A stretch of DNA of 64,000 nucleotides, taken from positions 372,001 to 436,000 of the forward strand of contig JALDZX010000007.1 in assembly GCA_022813865.1 (NCBI GenBank), in the 5' to 3' direction. Numbering within the stretch: position 1 is the stretch's first letter; each line of letters starts with the position of its first letter. The stretch comes from Xylographa opegraphella. Taxonomy: Eukaryota. The translations under genes and the position numbers were made by a program. Shown in pieces: positions 54,214 through 64,000 of this stretch. Below the pieces are notes generated by a model, which saw only the letters and a list, made by a program, of their open reading frames with translations, was not told the DNA's origin and did not search any database.

Positions 54214-54638
54214 TGTTATCGTCGACCGCAGAAGACGCTGGTAAGCTCTCAAAACGGCAGGCCACTGTAGAACTTAACAGACATGATTGAAGCACAGCGA
54301 GGGATGGAAGGACAGCCAGGTTGTCACCGAAGAAGATCGCCATAGTCCAAAGTTACTGGAGTATGTGATTCATCGGTTGCTGACGTGCCTGATCCAGTAA
54401 CTTTCGCTGCGCTAACGAATCGCGCGGGATCGGATCGCGCACTGACCAGTAGGCCTAAGTTAAAGCAAAGCTTCGAGGTGCATACCTAATCTCCTCCGTA
54501 ACTCTCCTTTTCCTCCACCAACCGCGTGTCAACGGAGCATTCTCGCTGTTTTGCCAGGTGCCTTGGCAAGTGCTTTGGTGCTCAACGGGATGTATGAGGT
54601 AATGAGCAGAGTCTCCTCAGAAGCATAGACTTGCAAGC

Positions 54639-57416
54639 ATGGCTGGAAGCACACTGGTCTCTCACCAGACCAATGGACTTCCAAACCTCGACCGTCAACA
54701 CTATGCACTATCGCAGTTTAAACAGATCTTGAAAATTCGTGATGAAGTCGTTGCTGGCGTTCATCCACGACTACACCTTTCATCGAAACCGGGTTCCAAA
54801 GTGGCACCTTTGAAATCTCCATCTCCACCCGGATCGGCTTTGAAACTCGCGAATGGAGCTCTAGCTATCTCCAAAGCTGCCCAAGCCCCAGAATCTACTT
54901 ACCACAGTCCTGTGCTTAGCTCGCAACCATCAACTAACCTCCTGTCAGTGGCGACTCCTCATGCCCGACAGCACCCACTACCTGCTATGACGTCCTCCGG
55001 TCTTGATCCAATTTTTCTTACAAAATCAGAGGATCTCATAAAGGCGGAAACGAAATTACAAAGGCAACGGATTGAGAGAGCTTTGGACGAGCAAGTCCAG
55101 CAAAAGAGACAAGGAAATAGGCAACGTATTTCTGATCAGGAAGCTCTACCTGAATTCGATGTGTCTGAAGTACTTTTTCAAGCACAGCAGCTCGTCAAAC
55201 CTATTGCAGCAGCTGAAAGTATTGGCGCTAACGGTATTGCTTCCTCCAGCGACTCTTTCGACGAAAATACCTTTTATTCGAGTCAAATAAATGAATCGGG
55301 CACAGACGATGCTAATGAGCACGCGAAGAAGCGTAAGACAAAGCCATGCAGGAATTTCTTTGAGAGATCTTGTAAGAAGGGAGATGCGTGCGCCTATTCA
55401 CATGACCCAGCGTTCAAGCAGAAGCTGCAGGTTGATGCTCCATTGACCTCCCAAGTAGGCAGTCCCGATGCTTCGAGAGAGACCTACCAGCAGCAGAGAC
55501 CTACATCATACAATAGCCCCATGAATGGAAATGGTAATCGTGCTTTGGATGAAATGGATAGCGGCCCCGAGGCAAACAATCAGACTTTCGTTGTCTCTGC
55601 TGACCATAATTCGGCTCACCACAACAAGCGGCCAAACCATCATGGCACAAATTCTAGGGACGATCTTGGCGGACAATCATATATGCAAGGCGGCATACTG
55701 AAACCAATTCCAGATTCTCCCAGCCGTCGTAATCTGCCCAACGACCTTCGCGTGGAACCGGAATATTTCCCAGAGGATTATGATAGTTCACACAGCCGAT
55801 TGCAACCTGGTTCTGCGCCGAAAAGAAATGGTCCGTTTTCGCCAGGTGTACGCGATGTAAGAATTGTTCGAAGCCATATCACATCTCCAGTTGCTCCGCA
55901 GCCTGCGCGCGTTTCACCACTTGCTGTGGCCAAAGTTCCGAGACTGGACCAGTTACGTCGGAGTGAACAAGATCTTGCAAGCCCTCGGAATCCAAGGCAG
56001 TCTGCTCCACAAAGCCCAATAAGTGGATACCAGCCGGTCAATTCAAGAAAAAGACGTCGTGAACCGGATGCTGGTGAGAGTACAAGGAATGTCGCCGCAC
56101 GGAGGGACTTAGCTTCACCGCTGCCTTATATTAAGGACGAGCCAATCTCTCCGCCTCCATTTGTGGACTATCCCGGACATCCACCCTCACGCTACGACCA
56201 CATACGTAGACAACCTGTTGCTATTGACTCTGCTCCGCTACATTTCACAGAAGGTGCCGCCTACCAACAAAGGGCTCCGGATCCTATCCATATAGAGTCA
56301 CCTGATCGACAACAAATCTCGACACCAATTGCACGACGTGTTATCTCTAGAACAGGGCATCATTACGAGATTCAAGAAGAGCCTGATCTACGTCGGATAG
56401 TAAGTGCCAGACCACGTCGTATTGCATCTCCTGAGCAAGATCTCGGACACTACTCAGCTCCTCAGCCACGAATGACGAGAGCGGTATCTCACTCTTACAT
56501 GGTGAATCCGGAGATAGGTCGGCAGCAGCTATTCAGGCCATCAGTACAACCTCCCACTGTGACATACGGTCGACCAGGTCCTCGGCCTGACCGCTCGCGG
56601 TCCCCGGAACTTCGTCGGGTCCAGTACTCACCAATAGAACGTGAGTCTACACTGATGGCCCCTCCGCCAAGACGTATAGTGGTTGATCAGTACGGCAAAA
56701 AATACTACGAAACACCTATGCCTGTGGAAAGAATAATACCAGTTGAAAGGAAGGCTTCGGTTGCTCCACCTCCTCGGTATGTTGACGAATCGTCCGTTCC
56801 GTTTGAGCAGCCGGCTTTTCGTCGGGCCAGTGTCCAGCCTCCACTTGCAAAGCCATATACGGAACGAAGTTACGTTGCCACAATGCGATCCCCTGGTCCT
56901 ACCTCACCTCGGTATGTTGAATACTATCCTTCTGCACAGCCTCTCCATGATCACGAGCGGCAGCGGGTGTACCAGCCAAGAGAAGAAACATACCGGGACC
57001 GAAACGATCTCGTGCAAGTGGTCCAGTATCCCCAAGAACGAGCTACAACACAGTACGATAATGTCTCCGGATCTAGAGAGGGTGTTGTCCGAATGCATAG
57101 TGTCCACCCATCTGGTGTGCACTACGATATGGCACGGGAGCACGCGCCTAGTAGGATGCAGACTGTGCAACCAGAGCAGCGACGGATGATCGAGGTAGGC
57201 AGTCGGTATGACGGACGGGCGTCGGTCGTGCATCAAGTTGGTGTGCGTGGCGACGAGAGGTATGAAAGACACCCTGCGTACGTTGCCATGGAAGAGCCAA
57301 GATACCAGTACGTGTCGAACACCCGACATGGCGGTTTCGTGGAGGGTGATGTTCAAGATGAGTTGGTGGCAGAAGGTCCTCGAAGCGCTGGCCTACGACC
57401 GTTACCGAGAATGTAG
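54639..57416 (+). CDS. Pro/Arg/Ser-rich protein with one CCCH zinc finger
   Basis: Intronless 925-aa ORF. CRNFFERSCKKGDACAYSH fits C-x7-C-x5-C-x3-H. The rest is mostly low-complexity. Confidence 0.8.
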   Translation: MAGSTLVSHQTNGLPNLDRQHYALSQFKQILKIRDEVVAGVHPRLHLSSKPGSKVAPLKSPSPPGSALKLANGALAISKAAQAPESTYHSPVLSSQPSTNLLSVATPHARQHPLPAMTSSGLDPIFLTKSEDLIKAETKLQRQRIERALDEQVQQKRQGNRQRISDQEALPEFDVSEVLFQAQQLVKPIAAAESIGANGIASSSDSFDENTFYSSQINESGTDDANEHAKKRKTKPCRNFFERSCKKGDACAYSHDPAFKQKLQVDAPLTSQVGSPDASRETYQQQRPTSYNSPMNGNGNRALDEMDSGPEANNQTFVVSADHNSAHHNKRPNHHGTNSRDDLGGQSYMQGGILKPIPDSPSRRNLPNDLRVEPEYFPEDYDSSHSRLQPGSAPKRNGPFSPGVRDVRIVRSHITSPVAPQPARVSPLAVAKVPRLDQLRRSEQDLASPRNPRQSAPQSPISGYQPVNSRKRRREPDAGESTRNVAARRDLASPLPYIKDEPISPPPFVDYPGHPPSRYDHIRRQPVAIDSAPLHFTEGAAYQQRAPDPIHIESPDRQQISTPIARRVISRTGHHYEIQEEPDLRRIVSARPRRIASPEQDLGHYSAPQPRMTRAVSHSYMVNPEIGRQQLFRPSVQPPTVTYGRPGPRPDRSRSPELRRVQYSPIERESTLMAPPPRRIVVDQYGKKYYETPMPVERIIPVERKASVAPPPRYVDESSVPFEQPAFRRASVQPPLAKPYTERSYVATMRSPGPTSPRYVEYYPSAQPLHDHERQRVYQPREETYRDRNDLVQVVQYPQERATTQYDNVSGSREGVVRMHSVHPSGVHYDMAREHAPSRMQTVQPEQRRMIEVGSRYDGRASVVHQVGVRGDERYERHPAYVAMEEPRYQYVSNTRHGGFVEGDVQDELVAEGPRSAGLRPLPRM

Positions 57417-58185
57417 GTGAACCCACTCCTCGGTCTAAACGTATTGTGATGGGTTCCCATGGAGGGCAGGAATGGTCTTGCCCGTCTACTGTATCTCTAT
57501 TCTCAAATTGTTACTGCGGTATCGTGGGGATGTACAGCTCTGTGTACTTCTGTGGTGGAGTTGTGTTTGGATAAGCCGATGTACACGGGAGGATGCAGTA
57601 GATTTAATCATTTCCATGTGCACTATTCGCAGATTGTCCTTCACAGTGGTCACCAAGTAGAGCAACTTACTTAACCTACTGGACAATCGTTGTTATACAT
57701 GTTCTGCTTGGAGATGGCTAGACTACACAATCTGCTTGACTGTCGTGTGTCGTGCTTTGGACACGGTGGGCTGAGCCGGTGCTCGGGTAATGCTTCCACC
57801 AGTCTTGTGCACAACCCCAATGTGGCGGGTTCAGCCGAACTATGTAAAAGCACACACATGTTACAGCGAAACAGCTACACATGCATCGTTCACGATACAT
57901 TCCCCGACATATCGTCCGTCAATGGAGGATCTCGTAGTCCACGAACTGTGTAGCCGTCTCAAGATGCACCGGTGTTGACGCGTGCATGTGCCTTCCTGTT
58001 CCATCCGAAGCCTGGTGGGCGCCACATGGGACACTAGGCCCAACTTGACTCGCTTACGCCGTGAGCCTCGAGCTTCCATTCTTCCAACTTCCAATCCACC
58101 TAATCCCCTCCCCCTGCACGAGCTGCAGCTCCCTGCCCAACAACAACTGCATTGGTGGGAGATGTGTCTCTGTTGAAATCTGAAG

Positions 58186-61100
58186 ATGCAGAAGTTGAGT
58201 AACTTCACCGGTCAGGCTCGCCATGGCTGGGAGAAAATGACTCCCGCTGCCTTTGGCATGGGAAGGCCAAACCCCGAAAATGTCCCCGTCCCACCACCCA
58301 TCAAGCGGGCAATGGCCGCTACTCCCATATCTCCGCTCACTGCTGCGGAAACAATGGTCAACCTATCCTTCAATGTCCCATTCTCGTCCAATTTGACAGG
58401 TCCTGACCCGGAGGAGATCCTCCACGCGAGTCCGGGAGCTTATCAACGATGGACGCATCCTGAAGGCACGGAAGAGGGAACACCAACACATAAACTTCCA
58501 GTGCACACGCGAAATGTCGAACTTCTTCGGAAACTCTGCAAGAATCTCAGCGAAGTCAGTGGTGGTCGTTTGGAGGCTACGGTCACGTCATCCGAACCCA
58601 AGCCGGTACCTGCAGTGCAGAGACGACCGTTGAAAGGACTAGTCACGAATGTGTGCGTGACTGGGGACAACGAAATCGTACATAAGATGAGAGCCAAGAT
58701 TCTCAATGAGACTCCGATAGCATTGGTAAGGGAGAGTGTTTCCAGGTCTCCACGTAACAAGTACTGAAATCTGTGCAGAAGTGTGCCATAGTGGATGTTG
58801 ATACTCATCTCATTGTCGATACATCTCTCAACGGTGTCAAACTTACCGTGCTCGAGCACATGGACAAAATTGCTCTTTACACAGGAAGCGACATGTTCCT
58901 ACTCAATTCCAAACCTACAGACCCCGATAACTCGAGTATAAATTACGCCAACGGCTCTGATCAGAGTCTGGATCAGCGGCTACGAATTGCTATCTATGCC
59001 GATCCGGAGAGCTGCGAGCACGCCAAGACCAGATTGCTCATCATGATCGATCAAATAGTGAGTGTGATATGAATTTCGACCGATATTTCATGAAACTAAA
59101 GCGGCGATATAGCTCAAACGTGCTGTCGATGTTATAAAGCTTGAGCCCTCCCTTCACACGGTGATCTGTGGTCGAACACGAAAGAACATCCGACTTATCG
59201 AATCTGCCTCGAATACGGCGATATATTTTCCACCACCATTTCCACGCGTATATGGTTACACTCCTCCTGGCGCTACTCGTCGGGGAGATCACGAAGTCTT
59301 CATAACGGGAGAAAACCTGGAAAACATAAAACAGGCAAAAGCTAAGCTGCACGAGCTGGTCATGAATACCAAATGTTATGTAAAAGAAGTACAAGTCTTG
59401 CCACCTAAGGTTGATAGCATCCTGTTGGACCGCCTGGAAAAAGTACGAAAAGTTATGGAGCTCAACGGGACTTATGTACTATTTCCTTCGCTAGGGAGTA
59501 CCCTGGGAAAGATTAGAGTACAAGGGACAGAGATTCTACACGTCGAAAGGACAGTGCGCGAGATAATGGCTCTCGTAGGTCATCCCATGTCATCCTAGGG
59601 CGTTACCGAGTGTCCAGAACTGACCTCTTCATAGGCTGGCCAGTTTTACAGTGCTACGTGGTGGATTTTGCAACCTGACCCTGCACAGGGAGCAGCTATG
59701 CGTGCGCCATCCGCCTCTGACATCCGAACTATGCTTTCAGACATCTGTACCAATTCTGGTGCAGACCTAGCATTTGAAAAATTTTGCTTCTCCATCAATG
59801 GATCCGATGATGCGGTGAAGGCTGCTATGATTGTGATTTATCAAATTCCGTTCGTGAAACGTGCTCAATATCAAATGAGGGTTAAGATAGAACTTGCAAA
59901 TGAACACAAGGAGTTTGTGAGTGGGAAGAAGAATGGCAAGATCAACAAGATCATGGGTCAGAGTAAGCAATCTCCGCACACCTCATTGTTTTCCAAAGCT
60001 AAAATCGTTCAGGCAACGTACAGATTATCTTTGACGGCTTCAACGAATACAATTTTTATATCGATGTTTGCGGAGCACAATACGAGGCAACGAAGAACGG
60101 ACTCGATCTTGTAGAACAGGAAATGCCCGCTGCAATATCATTTCATGTTCCGGACCAATACCACAAGCGGATCATTGGAATAGGAGGGCAGCACATCCAG
60201 CGAATTATGAAGAAATATTCTGTTTTTGTCAAGTTTTCGAACGCCATGGATCGTGGTGGTATAGGTAAAGAAGACGATGACATCAAGGTGGACAATGTGA
60301 TTTGTCGTACTCCGGCCCGTAATGCACAGAGCCTTGATTTGGTCAAACAGGAGATCATGGACATGGTCGAGAAAGTGGTACGTGAAACCGAGAACCATGA
60401 TCAAGAATCTCCCATACCTTCCTCTGATCCCTCTCTGCCGGTCTGACATTTGCTGTGTTATGAAGGACGCGGAGTTTGTGTCAGAAACCGTTGTCATCAA
60501 CCGTCTGTACCATAGAGAGCTGATTGCCCGTATGTCGAAAATTGAGGAGCTTGAAAAAAAATGGAATTGCAAGATTGAGTTTCCTAGCACAGAGATGGCA
60601 AGCGATGTAGTCACTATTTCTGGGCCCGAATACCAAGTTCCTCAAGCGCTCGACGAATTCCTGGTATGTGCCTATATCCTTTCAAGCATCAGGTTGGTGA
60701 CTAAAATCGTACGTATAGGGTATGGTTCCTGAAAACCACGAAATCGTCCTTCCAGGCACTCAACAATTACGCGACTTCTTCAAAACGGAAGACTTTGAAA
60801 CAGATGTTCGTCGTAAGCTCAAAGCTCAGTACGAGGTCGTGTTGTCCGTTCATGAAGAGTCCTTGCCTATTGATGACTCTACCGGCACTACGGAGGAACG
60901 TCTCTTACTTTCTTACACTCGTAACAATGCTGGTGGTCTGAAGGATGCAATCGATTTTCTGGTGTCCAGACTAGTACCGCATGGTCTCGATGCAGGTACT
61001 GTGAAAGGCGCGATTCCTCGACCTAAGTCGGACTCTTTTGAAGACTCGTTGCCATTCTTCAATTCAAAGCTGTTGCAGCATGCTCCGGCCCCTTTCGTTA

Positions 61101-61528
61101 CAGATTCGCCTACACGGTCCACATTTGGTGGGGATGATGCAAGTGACAGGGGCTCACTCTTCGATAAATTGCGCAAACCTGGCAGCATCTCGTCCATTTC
61201 ATCTTTTCTGGATCGCCGCAAGAACCACTCGGGGTCTCCTGGCTCCCTTTTCAAGCATGCCTCCAGCAATGCCTCGAAAGCCTCTCTTGTCTCAATGGAG
61301 TCCCGCGATAGTGGTTATCGCAATCCCTGGAATGACAGTGGGGTAAACCTCCCGGATGACGAGATAAAAAACGGTTGGCCTATTCGGTTCGACCACAAAC
61401 CTCCATTCAGTTCAGTGCCTGGCGATTCGACTCCAAAGCACGAAACTAAACCATCTTTTGATAGCGGGCGTCCGGCTACTTCCCATTCGATTAATGGATA
61501 CCCGGTCCCTATTGGACCACCTCGTTGA
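58186..61528 (+). CDS. Multi-KH-domain RNA-binding protein (yeast YLL032C / S. pombe Mug60-like)
   Basis: Multi-exon gene with KH signatures ICGRTRKNIRLIE, HKEFVSGKKNGKINKIM and VPDQYHKRIIGIGGQHIQRIM, followed by a Ser-rich tail. Confidence 0.85.
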
Positions 61529-62665
61529 GTAAAGCGTTCAGATACCCTCTTACGGCGCGGCTGCAATCCTGCGTTTGAGATTTTTGTGTGCTATGATGTG
61601 TATGATGCAACAACCAATACCCCTGAATCTTTTGTTTCAAAAGCAATTGGTCCGACAGCAGGCGCACTAGTTATTGTCTTGTGTTTTTTTGTTCTTGTTC
61701 CCAAGTTTTCCTTTGTTGTATGCAAAGACTACTGAGATGAGCGGGGAGATATACCAATTTGCTACCGGGACTTGGCGTTTGCGGAACATGTTTGCTGTGC
61801 AATTGTGATTACTAGCAATCTCTAGAGCGAACTTGAGAAGATACACAACAGAAGAATAGAGATCACAATACATAAGAAAGTATTTGAATATATCATTCAA
61901 CATCGATGACTCTTCACTTGCTGGTGACGCCCATTTGACCAAATCCAAGGGGGGATTTTACAGGAGGAATTGCGTCCCTCTTCTCGTCGCTCACGTCCAC
62001 CAGATCTGCATCACCCATCCTGGTCCCATTTAGCCAACCTCCTGCCCGAGGTAATCTCGTTTCTGAAGCCAAATCCGCATACCTGCCTCGGATGAGCGTG
62101 CAGTAAGCGGCTAAATCCTTCGTACGACGCTTCAGCCCTCAAACCCTCCCCTTTCACGACCTATGCAATTCTCCATCCTCCCTCCCCGCATCCTCCAATC
62201 AGCCCCATCATTTTCCTGGCTCGAGCCGGTCATGTTCAAATAGGGTCTGGCTCGGAGGAATCGGGACTTCTGCTGAGCTGTGTTCAGCGATGCGTGTTGG
62301 GACGTTCGGTTTTGATAGAGGGACAATAGTCGCGGTTTTATGCTTTGGACCATTGGGTCTGATGAGGGACGTGGGACGTAGGTCGTTCGAGGGTTTTCTT
62401 CTGGGGTTCGAGAGGTCTGGTGCATGAGCTAGGGTAGTGGGGATGTAGGGGAGGAGGGGTGTGGTTTCCTGAACTTATTAGGGTCGTCCTATACCTACCC
62501 AGAGCTACCAACGGTACTGCGCATTCGCTGAAGCAACTTCCCCAGGCCACGCGCAAATCTCTGCTAAGAGATGCTTCCCTCGCCCCTCTCGCCCACCGTA
62601 TTGAGCCCGTTCTTCAGACCGTCTCCCTTGTGCCATCTGTTTATGCACATCGAACACGGCACCTT

Positions 62666-63912
62666 TCACTCCCGCCACCGCACGCCCCACTCCCCCTTCG
62701 CGAAACTCGCCTCCACCACCCGCCCGTTCTGCACGGCTTCGCATTTCCGCCTCTCGTCACCGGCCGCCGGCTGCGGCCCTGTCCGGCTTCGGCCGTGGTC
62801 GGGAGCGGGCCCGACGACGAAGCCGAAGGCGACTCCGCGCCTGGCGGCTTGGCGGACGAGTTCGCGCTCTTCGGCCCGCTGCTGGCCCGCGCGGCGGGCT
62901 TCGAGATCTGCCGATAAGGGTGGGGAGAGGGGGGGCTGGAAGGGGTTGGTGGGTGTTGTCGGTGGGCCGTTCCTTGTGCTCGGGGCTTCGTGCTCGGGTC
63001 GCTGGCTGGAGCTCTGTGAGGGGGACAGGCGGATCGGGACGCCGGCTACTTCGTCGTCGTCGTCGTCGTCGCTGCTGTAGCTGGCGGTGCTGTCCTGGTA
63101 GGGGCTGAAAGCGCCGTCTTCCATGTCGACGCTCTTCCACTCGGCTGCGTCTTGCACGCCCCGCTTCGGCCTGTTCTTCTGCCGGCCATAAGTCCTGGTG
63201 GGGTCGGGCATGTGGTTGAATACGAGATGCTCGACGTCGCTGCAGAGGACGAGGCGGCGGGGGTCGCCTTTGGACGGTTTGGGTTTTGGGCGGCGGGAAG
63301 TGGACGGTGAAGAGGAAGTCGAGGGGTCGCTGGATAGTAGGGCGACGAATGTGTTTTCGATCTGTCGCTCTAGGCTTTCTGCTGAGGGCCGAGGCCGGTG
63401 GTTGCGGCATCGGTCGGAGCAGTAGCGGGGTGGGGTGTTGGGGTTCTTGGTGTGGGATTTTCGGGGGGCTGGTTCCTTGGGGAGTGGTGTTAGAAGGGTT
63501 GGGAGGGATTGGACGATGGGAAGGGGTGGAGGTGGAGCGTGGGATATGGAAAGCTTATCAAAAACGCAGGCTGTTAAATAATGATACAGGGATATTCCCG
63601 ATGATCGAGGTGAGACTCAGGTCTTAGAATCAGGGCAAAAGCAGATGTAAGAAATATAAAAATTATGATAAATTGATACGAGGGCCGCCGTACAACTATT
63701 TCCTCATCGAGATAATCATGACTATGCCACTCGCTCTTCCACATCGACATGTAAAAGTACAGCACGCATACGTAACAGTACAGTGGGAAATATCACCCAC
63801 ATATCACCCGCCCACACGTCCAGCAATACAGCACTGAACCCTCTCCACCAAATTTGCCGCCAGCTATCGACGGCGGTGGAGCGTCGGCATTCTTGCCAGG
63901 ACGTGTGGACAT
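62666..63912 (-). CDS. Hypothetical protein with N-terminal CxxC...CxxxC motif (DUF2256-like)
   Basis: Exon 1 (ATG 63912) MSTRPGK...VLYCWTCGRVI, then an intron at about 63800-63469 (gtgggt...ctaac...cag). Exon 2 SPRKSH...RYCSDRCR continues in frame into ORF 62666-63211 (VRQAARRGVAFG, CEAVQNGRVVEASFAKGEWGVRWRE). Confidence 0.72.
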
Positions 63913-64000
63913 CCTGCTAGTTTGCCGGTTCAAGGAAATTGAACCCAGTGACGAGTTGATGAGAAGCGAGAACCGGTATGGATAGGAGGCGGCTGTAGTT

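Overview
This is intron-rich genomic DNA from a filamentous ascomycete (Pezizomycotina-type genes with short GT-AG introns and CTRAY branch sites). The ORF track fragments most genes, so I reassembled the models by hand across introns, and the splice sites are inferred. In order the window holds: the 5' part of CSF1 (runs off the left edge, absent from the ORF track), a TMEM184/DUF300 membrane protein, an Arg/Ser-rich fungal protein, an FAD-dependent oxidoreductase, an orphan ORF with Myb-like repeats, IDH2, SEC5, a Whi5/Nrm1-like protein, a divergent RTA1 + Zn2Cys6 pair, and a probable pseudogene of a small secreted Cys protein. After a 6-N gap come an uncharacterised GT2 glycosyltransferase, a microsatellite/G-rich island, the class V myosin-chitin synthase (csmA-type), an APC amino-acid permease and the class VII chitin synthase (csmB-type). 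The window ends with a ThDP-dependent enzyme, a pyrimidine 5'-nucleotidase, a CCCH zinc-finger protein, a multi-KH RNA-binding protein and a small Cys-motif protein. The most notable structure is the 19-kb GT2-ChsV-permease-ChsVII block: a complete permease gene interrupts the normally head-to-head csmA/csmB pair, and a third polysaccharide-synthase-like gene flanks it. I recognised no tRNA, rRNA, CRISPR array or intact transposon. All family calls come from motif recognition, not database searches.
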